Assembly (NCBI RefSeq): GCF_963921235.1
Contig: NC_086097.1
Coordinates: 69,938,001 to 70,002,000, forward strand
Direction of reading: 5' to 3'
Origin: Mobula hypostoma
Taxonomy: Eukaryota
DNA length: 64,000 nt
The translations under genes and the position numbers were made by a program. Below are positions 50,752-63,980 of the stretch, one piece after another. The notes under the pieces were generated by a model. That model worked only from the letters and a program-made list of their open reading frames with translations. It did no database searches and was not told the origin of the DNA. Each line of letters opens with the position of its first letter. The first letter of the stretch is position 1.

Positions 50752-53700
50752 TGTTACTATGTGCACATAATAAAGAACTTTGGTTCCCATTGGGCAATGC
50801 AGGTGGTTCACCCAGCACTGGAAGTCACTGGTGAGCTGGCCATGAGTGCTCAGGGTCGAGCTGAAGTCATTCTGGTAAATAACATTTTCTAGCATTTACC
50901 CACACCAAGTTTGTCTCTATTAGGATCAAACATTTCATGGTGTCAGAAGTCAGTGTGAGGTCTAAGCACAGAAAATAAATGAATACCGTGTGTGGCTGAG
51001 AAAAGGACTGTGTGAGTATGGAAGTCCGATGGAGAGCAGCTACTGGCCAGAGAGCATGTTGTTCCCAGAATTCACCAAGAGAAATTCAGGTGAGGGGCCA
51101 AGAGTTCCTGTCATGGATAAACTAAGTCCTCCTGCACCAGTGCAGTTTAGTGGCAATCTAACTGATAACTGGAAACACGTCAAACAGTAAATCAGTACAT
51201 ACTTTGCGGCTAGTAGAGCAGGAGAGGCTGATGAAGAATTGAAAGCCTCTATTTTTCTGCATGTAATTTGTGAAGATGCTTTGGATATTTATAACAGATT
51301 TCAAATTGATGAGACAGCTTTTACATTGGACACTCTGATGACAAAATTTGAAGAGTATTTTGTTCCAAGTAAAAACATCACATTTGAGAGATATCAAGGT
51401 TATTTTCCTGTGACCAGAAACAAGGTGTTAGCTTTGACCAATACTTAGCTGAGCTTCTCACACTGAGCAAGTCCTGTGAAACCATAGAAAAACTACAGCA
51501 CAGAAACAGGGCTTTTGGCCCTTCTTGGCTGTGCCAAACCATTTTCTGCCTAGTCCCACTGACCTGCACATGGACCATATCCCTCCATACACCTCCCATC
51601 CATGTATCTGTCCAATTTATTCTTAAATGTTAAAAAAGAACCCGCATTTACCACCTCGTCTGGCAGCTCATTCCATACTCCCACCACTCTCTGTGTGAAG
51701 AAGACCCCCTGATGTTCCCTTTAAACTTTTCCCCCCTCACCTTTAACCCATGTCCTCTGGTTTTTTTCTCCCCTTGCCTCAGTGGAAAAAGCCTGCTTGC
51801 ATTCACTCTATCTATACCCATCATAATTTTATATACCTCTATCAAGTCTCCCCTCATTCTTCTACGCTCCAGGGAATAAAGTCCTAACCTTTCTCTGTAA
51901 CTGAGTTTCTAAAGTCCCGGCAGCAACATCCTTGTAAACCTTCTCTGCACTCTTTCAACCTTATTTATATCCTTCCTGTAATTTGGTGACCAAGACTGAA
52001 CACAATACTCCAGATTCGGCCTCACCAATGCCTTATACAACCTCATCATAACATTCCAGCTCTTATACTCAATACTTTGATTAATAAAGGCCAATGTACC
52101 AAAATCTTTCTTTACGACCCTATCTACCTGTGACACTACTTTTAGGGAATTTTGTATCTGTACTCCCAGATCCCTCTGTTCTACTGCACTCCTCAGTGCC
52201 TTACCATTAACCCTGCATGTTCTACCTCGGTTTGTCCTTCCAATGTGCAATACCTCACAGTTGTCTGTATTAAACTCCATCTGCCATTTTTCAGCCCATT
52301 TTCCCAGCTGGTCCAAGTTGCTCTGCAGGCTCTGAAAACCTTCCTCACTGTCTACTACACCTCCAATCTTTGTATCATCAGCAAATTTGCTGATCCAATT
52401 TACCACATTATCATCCAGATCATTGATATAGATGACAAATAACAATGGACCCAGCACTGATCCCTGTGGCACACCACTAGTCACAGGCCTCCACTCGGAG
52501 AAGCAATTCTCTACTACCACTCTTTGGCTTCTTCCATCGAGCCAATGTCTAATCAAATTTACCACCTTTCCATGTATACCTAGCGACTGAATTTTCCTAA
52601 CTAACCTCCCATGCGGGACCTTGTCAAAGGCCTTACTGAAGTCCATGTAGACAATATCCACTGCCTTCCCTTCATCCACTTTCCTGGTAACCTCCTCGAA
52701 AAACTCAAATAGATTGGTCAAACATGACCTACCACCACAAAGCCATGTTGACTCTCCCTAATAAGTCCCTGTCTATCCAAATGCTTGTAGATTCTGTCTC
52801 TTAGTACTCCCTCCAATAACTTACCTACTACCAACGTTAAACTTACTGGCCTACAATTTCCCGGATTACTTTTCGATCCTTTTTTAAAACAACGGAACAA
52901 CATGAGCCGCTCTCCAATCCTCTGGTACCTCACCTGTAGACAGCGACATTTTAAATATTTCTGCCAGGGCCCCTGCAATTTCAACACTAGTCTCCTTCAA
53001 GGTCAGAGGGAATACCCTGTCAGGTCCTGGAGATTTATCCACTTTAATTTTCCTCAAGACAGCAAGCACCTCCTCCTTTTCAATCTGTACAGTTTCCATG
53101 ATCTCACTACTTGTTTCCCTTAATACCATAGACTTCATGCCAGTTTCCTTAGTAAATACAGATGCAAAAAACCTATTTAAGATCTCCCCCATTTCCTTTG
53201 GTTCTGCACATAGCCGACCACTCTGATCTTCAAGAGGACCAATTTTATCCCTTATAATCCTTTTGCTCTTAATATACCTGTAAAAGCTCTTTGGATTATC
53301 CTTCACTTTGACTGCCAAGGCAACCTCATGTCTTCTTTTAGCCCTCCTGATTTCTTTCTTAAGTATTTTCTTGCACTTCTTATACTCCTCAAGCGCCTTA
53401 TTTCCTCCCTGTGTCCTATACATGTCATACAACTCCCTCTTCTTCTTTATCAGAGTTGCAATATCCCTTGAGAACCAAGGTTCCTTATTCCTATTCACTT
53501 TGCCTTTAATCCTGACAGGAACATACAAATTCTGCACTCTCAAAATTTCTCCTTTGAAGGCTTCCCACCTACCGATCACATCTTTGCCAGAGAACAACCT
53601 GTCCCAATCCATGCTTTTTTAGATCCTTTCTCATTTCTTCAAATTTGGCCTTCTTCCAGTTCAGAACCTCAACTCTAGGACCAGATCTATCCTTGTCCAT

Positions 53701-56700
53701 GATCAAGTTGAAACTAATGGTGTTATGATCACTGGAACCAAAGTGCTCCCCTACACAGACTTCCGTCACTTGTCCTAACTCGTTTCCTAACAGGAGATCC
53801 AATATTGCATCCCCTCTAGTTGGTCCCTCTATATATTGATTTAGAAAACTTTCCTGAACACATTTTACAAACTCTAAACCATCTAGACTCCTAACAGTAT
53901 GGGAGTCCCAATCAATAAATGGAAAATTAAAATCCCCTACCACCACAACTTTATGTTTCCTGCAGTTGCCTGCTATCTCTCTGCAGATTTGCTCTTCCAA
54001 TTCTCATTAACTATTGGGTGGTCTGTAATACAATCCCACTAATGTGGCCATACCTCTCCTGTTTCTCAGCTCCACCCATAAGGACTCAGTAGACAAGCCC
54101 TTTAATCTGTCCTGCCTGAGCACTGCTGTAATATTTTCCCTAACAAGCAATGCTACTCCCCCACCTTTCATTCCTCTGCCTTGATCACATCTGAAACATC
54201 GGAACCCTGGAATATTAAGCTGCCAGTCCTGCCCCTCCTGTAGCCAAGTTTCACTAATTGCTATAACGTCATAATTCCACGTGTCAATCCACGCCCTCAA
54301 CTCATCCGCCTTCCCCACAATACTCCTAGTATTGAAATATATACACCTCAGAAGATTTTTACCGCCACTCACAACCTTTCTATCAGCGGATTTGCTTAAA
54401 CCTTCAACATCATTTATTTTCACCCCAGCCACACTGTCAGCTCTGGCACTCTGGTTCCCATCCCCCTGCAAATCTAGTTTAAAGCCTCTCCAATAGCACT
54501 AACAAACCTCCCTGAAAGGATATTGGTCCCCCTGTAGTTCAAGTGTAACCCGTCTCTCTTGTACAGGTCCCACCTGGCCCAGAAGAGGCCCCAATGATCC
54601 TGAAATCTGAAACCCTGCCCCCTACACCAGTTCCTCAGCTACTTGTTCATCCTCCAAAGCATCCTATTCTTACCCTCACTGGCACGTAGCACAGGTAGCA
54701 ATCCTGAGATTACCACCCTTGAGGTCCTGCTTTTCAACTTCCTACCAAGCTCTCTATACTCACTCTTCAGGACCTCTTCACTCTTCCTTGCTATGTCATT
54801 GGTACCGATGTGCACCACGACATCTGGCTGGTCACCCTCCCACTTCAGAATGTCATGCAAGCGATCAGAGACATCCTTGACCCTGGCACCCAGGAGGCAA
54901 CAAACCATCCTGGATTCTCTGTCATGACCACAGAACCTCGTATCTGCACCTCTAACTATCGAGTCACCTATCACTACCGCTCTCCTCTTTTTCCACCCTC
55001 CCTTCTGCACTGCAGAGCCAGACTCAGTGCCAGAGATCCGGCTACTGCAGCTTGTCCCAGGTAAGTAATCCCCCACAACAGTATCCAATGCGGTATACTT
55101 GTTGTTGAGGGGAATGGCCACAGGGGAACCCTGCTCTGCCTGCCCTTTCCTCTTCCCTTGCCTGATAGTGACCCAATTTCCTGTCCTCTGCTCCTTTGGC
55201 GTAACTACCTCCCTGTAGCTACTATCTATAATCTCCTCATTCTCCCGAATGATCCGCAGGTCATCCAGCTCTTGCTCCAGTTCCCTAACGCGGTTTGTTA
55301 GGAGCTGCAGCTGGATGCACTTCTTGCAGGTGTTGTTGTCAGGGACACCAGAGGGCTCCCTGACTTCCCACATCCTGCAAGAGGAGCATTCCAACATCCT
55401 GCTTGGTATTCTCTCTACTCTAAGCAATCTGAACAAAAAACTTACCGGAACCTACCCTGGCCTCTACCTGTTCTCACTGAAGCCTGTTGAGCCAAAGCCA
55501 TCCCACTCTGACTCAGTCCACTCCAATGATGGCCGCTGTATATGGTGGTCTGCTTTTAAACCTTGGCGCACTACGTCACGTGCCTATGCAGTGCAGACCC
55601 TTCTCCCCGAGCAGTGTTTAAAAAAAAATGACTTTTTCTACCCGATTTCTTCACTCCCTTCTTCTCAGCTGCTTGCTTCGACTGAAACAAGAACCATTGA
55701 AAATTTCTCTTTTTAAACCTTGGCGCGCTATGTCACGCACCTGTGAGTTTGGAGAATTGAGAGACTCATGAATTAGAGACAAAATAGTTTGCAGAATCCC
55801 AGATAATAGGCTCAGAGAAACATTGCTCCATGAAAGACATGTGTAGGGTGGCGGAGACCACACGAGCACAACCTAAGGAGCTGCACAGAGCACACACACA
55901 GCAGTGCCTGCTGTGAAAACAGATGGGCAAAGCACAAGGCATTTCCTAAAGCAACAGCAAAGCGAAGAGGTAGGCTCAAGGAGCAAATGTGGAGTTAGAC
56001 ACCTCCAAAAACTGCATCCTGCTTATGGAAAGTCCTGTAACAGTTGTGGAAAGAAGAATCATTTTGCAAAGTGCTGCAAAGCTGGTGCCAGCAAGAGAAA
56101 GGTGCACACGGTTGCTGAGGAAATGGAGGAAGTCTTTGTAAATTCTTAATAGTATGCTGGTGCTGGTAAAGCAGAATGGGTTGTTCCAGTGACTGTGAAT
56201 GAGACAGTAATTCCATTCAAGCTTGATATTGGAGCCCAGGTTATTCTGTTATCCACAGATGATTACAAGACTCTCAAAGTAAAGAGCAAGATCTACTCAG
56301 TGAAGTTAAAGGTGACAGGTTATACTGGAGAGAATGTTCTGGTAAAAGGGGGCTGTATAGTAACCTTCAAGAACAAGGGGGGCAGCAGCTAAATGCACAG
56401 CTACTAGTTATAGAAAAGTGAATATGGCCAGTATTAGGTCTGAGTGCACATGAAAAGCTCAGTCTGTGAAGAGGGTTTTCATAGTTGCTTCACAGACCAA
56501 AGATGGTCACCCAGCACTCATGGAAGAGTGTGCAGTTGTCTTGGAGGGGTTCAGATGCTTACATGATACAAACTTGTAACAGGATGCATGAGAGCTCCAG
56601 AATGGTATTGCAAGAGAAGCACAAGAACTCCGCCTTCCATGAACATCTGTACCTGCGACACCAGCATGACAGTCAGGATGCCAGTGCTGAACAGACTGAT

Positions 56701-57536
56701 CATGATGAAGAGGTCACTGGTCTTGCTTTAACATCATGCAGCTTTAGGTCAAAATCCAACTCTGACATCCATTTAAAGACTGGAAATCAAAAATATCTCC
56801 ATGATTCTCTCTGAAGTTAAAGAGGAAACATGAAAAAGGAGATGGGGAGACCACACAGTCCCCAAGGTCAGAACAACTACAACAGTTCAACACAAACCAA
56901 CAGGAGGAGTTGCTATCTATGATATGCACCAACAAAAGGAGAGCTGTGCATCAGTTGGAACTTGTGCATAGACTCATTGATCACATGGGTGCAGTCCAGG
57001 GCTCCATTCTGGAACACATGGAGCAAATTACGGTCACACAGCAAGAACAAGAACAAAGATGAACAGATAGGATCTTGGCAGAAGGATGTGGAATAATTGA
57101 ACATGTTGATTAGAGTTCTCAGAAAGACACAAATATTAATGCACCAAATGCAAGCAATACACTCATGGATATATATCACAGATCAAAAATGATCATTAAA
57201 CCACCTAAGGGACTGATTGAAAGTTGTTGAGTGGATAAGGGACTGTATTTGCTCATTACAATTTCAGTTAATGTAGATATTTTTATGAGAAAGAATTATT
57301 ATTCCTTGGAGGTTTATTAGGACATAGTATTGTGGTTGTTTTTCTCTAAAGGGGGAGTACGTGTTATTATGAGTGCATAACAAAGAACTTCATTTCCCAG
57401 TGGGCAATTGATGCGTTTCACCCGGCACTGAAAGCTTTGGTGGTGAGCAGCATCGAACGCAGTTGAATAGTTGAATAATAAAATATTCTAGCGTATACCC
57501 ATGCCAAATTTCCCTTTACTAAGAGCAAACATAACA
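50752..57536 (+). mobile_element. Internally deleted Gypsy LTR retrotransposon (gag + protease remnants), interrupted by a CR1
   Basis: 5' LTR 50752-50937 (TG...CA), PBS TGGTGTCAGAAGT at 50938. gag MDKLSPPAP...KFEEYFVPSKNITFERY...SKSCE|FGELRDS; CCHC knuckle CNSCGKKNHFAKCC; protease FKLDIGAQV. PPT AAAGGGGGAG about 57348-57357; 3' LTR 57362-57536. No RT, RNase H or integrase core. Confidence 0.88.
51480..55739 (-). mobile_element. Full-length CR1 LINE, relatively young, few disabling mutations
   Basis: ORF1 54639-55436 (CSSCRMWEVR, CKKC, VIGDSIVRG, VHIGTND); ORF2 pieces 54471 to 51648 (ISETWL, GDFN, SDH, FADD). 7-bp TSD CCTGTGA (51473-51479, 55740-55746) inside Gypsy gag. Confidence 0.97.
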
Positions 57537-60500
57537 GTGGAGTATCCAAAGAGATGTAGAAAACTAGCAGGTGCCAGATATACATAATGCAATTGACAGC
57601 CTCATAACTGCTTCTTGATCACACTCCTATTTTTCCTGTTTGTAGGATTTGCCAGTTCTGAACGCCTCCCCCATGTGCTGGTCACTACATCTGGAAGCAG
57701 TATAGTAACTGTATATAGCTTTATTCTCTCAGCAGGCATTGCCTCAGTTTAATTAGAAAATACATAATTTCTACTAGGGCAGCATGTCCCCAGTGTGACA
57801 CAAATAAATCAGCCCAGATTTTGTGCTTAAGTATCTGGAGCTGGACTAAGGCAAGACCTGTGATGGAGCAAAGTTTAGTAATTAGTAGGTTGAGTAAGTA
57901 CTGAGGTAGGAGTTTGGGGTAGTAATAGATGGTTTTATGAAGGTAAAACCAGTGAGTATCAAAAGTCTGGAGGCCAATCATCCTGTAGGCTGTATTCTCC
58001 TGCATCTGGTCTGTCCCCTGCCCACCATTTTAATGGTAGATTATCCACTGGGATCCACAACAACATATTGCTTTACATATGGTAATACATGCCAAGGTGC
58101 TTCACAAGAACATTATCAAACAGAATTTGATGCCAAGACACATCGCAAGGTATTAGATATTATTGGTGTGGCCCATTGAAGAGATACATGTCATGGTAGA
58201 TTGTCGAAGCAACAGTGAGCCAATGGCAGGAGTTGAGTTACCAGTAACCTGCTGAAGATCTTGCTTTGGAGGATATTAATCTAATTGGGGGCGGTAGAAA
58301 GTGAGGGAAGGAGGTCTGTGTCTGCTGAAGCTGCTGAGCAGAGAGCAAATGTAAGAAGTGCAAGGACTAACTTTTATCAGATCACCTTCTCCCTGATTTG
58401 GAATAAGTTAAAAATTATCTCCAAATGTTTTCAATGGAAGCTCTCTTGGTATTCCCTAACATTTAAATTCATTATTACAGTTCATTTTAGCATAAAAATA
58501 TTCACACATGGGTGATTCTAAGTACTTATATATTTCCAGTCCTTTACACTGTGTTATTCCCACAATTTCTTGTCTTATCACTAAAAAGATCACAATTGAA
58601 AGTACGACACATCAGCACAGAATTAGTTAAAAGTTCCAGAGAATTGAGCAGACAATACCTCAGTAGCTAGCTGCCAAAACATGAACAAAGAGTATGTTGC
58701 AGATAGACAGCATTTCAATTGTAATCTTTGCAAGAAAAGGTTATGTTTAATTGTCGTTCCTTCACAGAAAGACCTCAGCCTGCAGTTTATCCTTTAGACA
58801 TGCTGATTGGCTGGCTGCGTAATTTTTGGATGTTGGTTCGGATTTTTGCCATTTGTTCTTCGCGAGTGAAGGTAACCACTAAATTTAAAATGGAATTCAA
58901 ATTTTTTGGTTGTTTTCATATCCCATGGTTTATATTGGATAACCTAGAACTATCTTGTCAGCATCCAGTTTTTGTTTTTAATTCCTTCATTTCCCCTTTT
59001 TAAAATCTGTGTCCTTGCAAATGTTTCTCTCCCGCCACTTCCCATCTCCTACGATTATCTAAGTAATTCTCCACAATATGCTCTCAAACTTTTCAACTAA
59101 GCTCGGGATTATATGGTCTACCTGCATATATCCAAAAGTTATCCTCATAGCCTTTGAATAAGGAAAATTATAATTTCTAATTTTTGCTTTAAAACCATAC
59201 TTCAAGGCAGGCTCCATAAATATGGCAACTGCAATGTGGCCAAAATTTAGTCCCATGTTCTTGTGAAAGTATTTTCCAGAAATTACTTGCAAATTTTTAT
59301 TTCTGCTCCATGTTCAATGGAAGCCTTTCAGTAAACAAAGTGTATTGTGATAAGATAGATGCTTTTAAACCTTTCTTATCTTTAAGTATTGGGAACTATA
59401 TAAAAATATCATTACTTCAAATTAACCAGTACTTTAAAATTGTGTTTTAGTTTTTTTTTCTGATGGGACTGTTCTTGGCCCAGTTTATCATTGACCTCCA
59501 TACTTTCACTATGAAAAGCAGATGCCTGAGAGGAGTCGCATGTTAGATTGTCCAATATACCAATGGACCCTCAACTCAATGCAGTGGCGGGTCTTTGTTA
59601 GGGTGAAGAAGCATCAGGATGCACTTCACATCCAGCCCCTCAGCTTTACACCAGGGAAGGATGAAAAATACACTGCAGCACCACTGATCTGAAAAATGAA
59701 GTGGGAAACGCAAGTGAATGCTTGACTTGTTTTACTTTAATGTTTTTAATTTTTAATTTTAAATTTGTTTGTAATTTCATTCATTTTAGGTTTTAATTAT
59801 TTAAATCTGAATAGCTTTTTTAGAAAATAGCTTAGACCCTTTGAGCTGGAGAAATGCCTAAAGGCCTCTGAAATCCCTGGGCAGGGACTTGGGAAGTGAA
59901 GTTCAAAGTTTAATCATTGTGTAGAGTTTGCTCCACCTCGCCGGACAGACCGGGTGATGGGGATAGTCAGATCACAAAGCCATCTGCATCCAGAGAAAGT
60001 GAGGGTGGGCAGACTCAGGGAGGGCGGCAAGGCAGGTACAGTACAGTAGAAGTGAACAGTGATAATATGGAAGTGATACACCAGACTCCAGAACCAATGC
60101 TGTCCAATACTTTTGGAAAAAGGGTGCAGAATTGTGACCATATTTATTAGCTGGAGGGAATCATTGAAGTTCAGTTTGCACTCATGCTCTCTTAGTTGAG
60201 TATTTATAGTGCACAACATGCACATAGCCATACAAAAATGGGAACAATTTTTCAGTGTATAATTATATAGCAAATAATATCAGATGGGACAGGTACAATT
60301 GGAAGTCTTTAAAGGAATGCTTAGCACATAAGATTGTTTATTTGTATAATTGCCTTTGTACAGACGAAAAGGATACCTTAAGCATGTGAATGCCATGATA
60401 TTGGCAACTCTTCACAACATTACTAAGGAATGGGGAATAATTAAGCTATGTGGAATGATTAAACTTCAGTATAATATGGATTAAAGGGTTTGTTTATCCA

Positions 60501-60629
60501 TTGTGCCATGTTTTGTTTATAGTTAATGTATTCCTGCAAGCACACAATGATCATGAAACATAAGAGATTAAAAAAAACAAGCTAACACCGTTGCTTTATA
60601 CTTAACTCCAAGGATTTAAATTAACTTAC

Positions 60630-60835
60630 TTCACAAGTCCATATAGTTGTGATGAGAAATCCATCATCTTGGAAAACATTAAAAATTTCAATGATTCCTC
60701 GTGAGTAGCCAAATATGGAAACACTGGCATCCGACACAGCAAGATTCAAAGTAAGATAATCTTGGGGCTCGAGGGCAAGTCTTTGTTTGTACATGATGAA
60801 GATGACGATCCCATTCCCAATCCAGGACAGCCAGC
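60630..60835 (-). CDS. opn6: Opsin (opn6-like) exon: end of TM1, TM2, ECL1
   Basis: ggtttgtttcag|GC TGG CTG TCC TGG...ACT TGT GAA|gtaagt, 206 nt, phase 1 to 0; (G)WLSWIGNGIVIFIMYKQRLALEPQDYLTLNLAVSDASVSIFGYSRGIIEIFNVFQDDGFLITTIWTCE. Confidence 0.93.
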
Positions 60836-61554
60836 CTGAAACAAACCAGGGAATGATTAAATACAATTTATTTAAATCCATGATCTAATACATTGGTTTT
60901 CCAAAAGAAAGAGGCTCAAATCTGAAAACACGTTTTGTCTGTCACATATAATTTGTTTCTTCAGTAGGTTGTCATCTTTCATTTAAAAATGAGTTGATGA
61001 CTAAACTCCCAGACAGTCCACTTCATAAACAGTGCATTGTATCTGGGCCAAAACTACTGGAGTGACAGCCGCAATTGGATTTGGTATTTTACAGTGTCCT
61101 GATCTAAATACATTCTTTGAAACTTTATGAAATATTATACATATTTCTACATTTAAAGTTTATTTCTTTTAAGAATTTATACAGCAGAACATTCACAGGA
61201 AATGATTATTTGGAGGAAGGAGAAAAATAGTGTCTTACTATTAAAGTACGATCAATCATTTCCGAAAAATATTTTAACCGTTTTGGCTGTAAAACCTCTA
61301 TATGAAATGAGTTAGTGAGTACCTAATAAGTATGTTTATTGCAACAAAGTATACCAAAGTATTTTCCATGGGCATTGTCAAAACATAAACATATTTTTGG
61401 TCATCTGGTTCAATATTTATTTCTGTGAGCACCAATAAATGCAAGATGATATTGAGGTAGATATAAATGCTCATGGAGGGAGTTTGTAAAACCATAAGAT
61501 ATAGCAGCAGAATTTGGCCATTTGACCCATTAAGTCTGCTCTGCAAATGAACAT

Positions 61555-62472
61555 TTTAAAGAGAGAAAGAGTGGTTGAGGGGCAAGGGAAGTTTGGAGCT
61601 TAGGGATTTGGCAGCTGAAGCCATGGCAATTGATAGTGGAGTGGTTTCATCTGGGAGGATAGAACTGGATGACCAGAAATACCTTGCTCTGGGATGCTGG
61701 GGTACATGAATGATGGTTTCAGGAGTTTGAGCTTGGACTGAGGGAATGCTATGGAGGTGTAAATAGATGTTCTTTTTTTTGATACTGTGACTGTGTAGCC
61801 TGACACCCAGAATTATATTCACTGAGTTTTCTGCTTCAGTTTCAAACCACAGATGGAGTAAGAAATTGCAGAATGGAATTCATGATTAATGGCTTAGCAT
61901 CTTCTCTTTTGATGTGTTTGCTTTATTTATAAAAGAACTCGCACTGTGAAAATCAGATTTTCTTATGGTGGTTCCCTATGCAGAAGCAGATATTTCTCTT
62001 TTCCCAATACTTCTTTGGAACAAGTTATTTTTCTGGTGTAGTGCTGGACGTCAGACCAACTGCAAGCTCTGTGATATTGAGAGATGGTGGCGAGGCCCAA
62101 GTGGGTGAGAAGTGGGGTGATCCCTGAGATTGTCAATGGATAGTGATGCTGAATTTTGCCTGGAGAGGAAGGGACATTGGAAGTGTAGGCAATTGTGACT
62201 GGATAGAAACTTCTGAAGACAGTTTAAAGTTGATGAGGGATGGCGATGTGGCCAACCATGTCAAGGAATGAATAGAAGCAATTCACCTTTGTCATATTAT
62301 GTGGAGGTCAACAATGATTTTGATAACAACTGTTTTAGCAATTTGATTGGAAGAGTTTCAGGTGAGGAATTTCGGATGTGCACCTGAGGACTTTGGACTA
62401 GGAAAGTGAATTGGAAGTGGAGTGATTGAGACAAGAGCAGTGGTGTCAATGTTTTATTTTGTCCTGAGAAGA
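61555..62472 (-). mobile_element. Old L2-like LINE remnant (preceded by a CR1 tail at about 61490-61550)
   Basis: Purine-rich decayed sequence resembling antisense L2 ORF2/3' end; no intact motifs. Confidence 0.4.
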
Positions 62473-62488
62473 TGATTGATATTTCTTC

Positions 62489-63042
62489 TTTTCAAATCTT
62501 TTTATTATTATCCAAAATTAAGAGTACATTGAAGTAGGCAAGACTTACAATGTCTCAAGAGAAAAAAAAACATTGTTTAAAAGATTGAAAAACATTTTGG
62601 TGACAAAAAAGGAGAAAAAACCCTACTAAAGCAAAGAAAAGTGATAAAAAAAAACCCGTTAGGTTTTCAACCCTGGAGCCATGCGTCATACAAAAAGCTT
62701 CTAAAGATAAACATCAACCGCCAGCAAGAAAAAAAAATGTACCAAAAATTTACAATTAGATCATGGAGGAAATCTATCAATTAATTCAAATGATAGTAAC
62801 GAGCAAATGAACTCCATCTTTTCTCAAAATCAAACATAGGTTCAAAGGTTTGACTTCTAATTTTCTCCAAACTAAGACATGGCCTCACTTGAGAGAACCA
62901 TTGTGACAAAATAGGAGCCGACGTATCCTTCCGCTTCAACAAAATGGCCCTCCTAGTTATCAATGTAATAGATGCAATAATGTGTTGGTCAGACAAAGAG
63001 ATACCGCGGATACTTTGAGGAATTATTCCAAAAAACACAGTT
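62489..63042 (-). mobile_element. L1-clade LINE 3' end
   Basis: ORF 62781-63038 (RRAILLKRKDTSAP...LSLEKIR...FEKRWSSF) is homologous to the end of the L1 near 29100. 16-bp TSD TGATTGATATTTCTTC (62473-62488, 63043-63058). Confidence 0.9.
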
Positions 63043-63589
63043 TGATTGATATTTCTTCATTAGAGGAGAGAGATAAACAACTAATAACATATTCTAGGAT
63101 TTTGCAAGGAAATTACAATACAAAATAATCACTGCCATGACAGCCAATGTTTCCCGGTGAGTCTCTCTGTAACTTCAGGATTTTTGCATAAGTGTGGAAG
63201 TCCTAAGGTTTTTAAGTTGTTAGTTAGCAGATTTGTTGACTGAGAATTTAGTGAGGGACCTTGAATTTCCTGTGGGTCCTCACCACTTAGAGGGGAATTT
63301 CCTCAAGCAAACTTTGCGAAGGATGTATTTGAGGAAGAACAACCTCCCAATTTATTGCCACTGAAAAAAAAATCAGCTGCGAAGGATAAAGTTAACTATT
63401 AGTTTATAAGTTATTAAAATTATGTTTGCAACTTACATTTTTAAAAATGGTATTTTAAAATAGTTTCAAATTGTTTGAATAATTTTTAGCTGTTAAATAT
63501 TTCTGAATGTCAGAAACATTTGTAGTTGCTTTAAGCTTTGGCTTCGGTGCTTTTTAGGGAGGGCTGCCTCAAAGGTTTCCCTGGTGTGA

Positions 63590-63712
63590 AAGGTTATGGG
63601 AAGATCTCATGAGAATGGGGTTGAGGGGGAAAACAAATCAGCCATGATTGTATGGCTTAGCAGACTCCACAGACTGAATGGCCTAATTCTGCTCCTTTGC
63701 CTCATGGTTTCC
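63590..63712 (+). mobile_element. CR1 3' tail fragment
   Basis: aaatcagccatgattg...gaatggcctaattctgctcct. Confidence 0.75.
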
Positions 63713-63775
63713 AAATTGCAGGCAGCAGCAGGGCCCTTAGAGTGCTGGAAAAAGGCTAAACAAGTTATTGATATA

Positions 63776-63980
63776 TCAGCAGGCCAGGCAGCATCCATGG
63801 AAAAAAAGCACAGTCGACATTTTGGGCTGAAAACCCTTTGGCAGGAGTTCTGCCGAAGGGTTTTGTCTTGAAACTTTGACTGTGGTTTTTTCCATGGATG
63901 CTGCCTGGCCTACTGAGATCCTCCAGCATTTTGTGTGTGTTGCTCAGATTTCCAGCATCTGCTGATTTTCTCTTGTTTGT
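63776..63980. mobile_element. Penelope-pLTR-derived fold-back (palindromic) element with two degenerate hammerhead cores
   Basis: About 70-bp inverted arms 63776-63846 / 63848-63916, homologous to the pLTR at 36140-36215. Confidence 0.85.
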
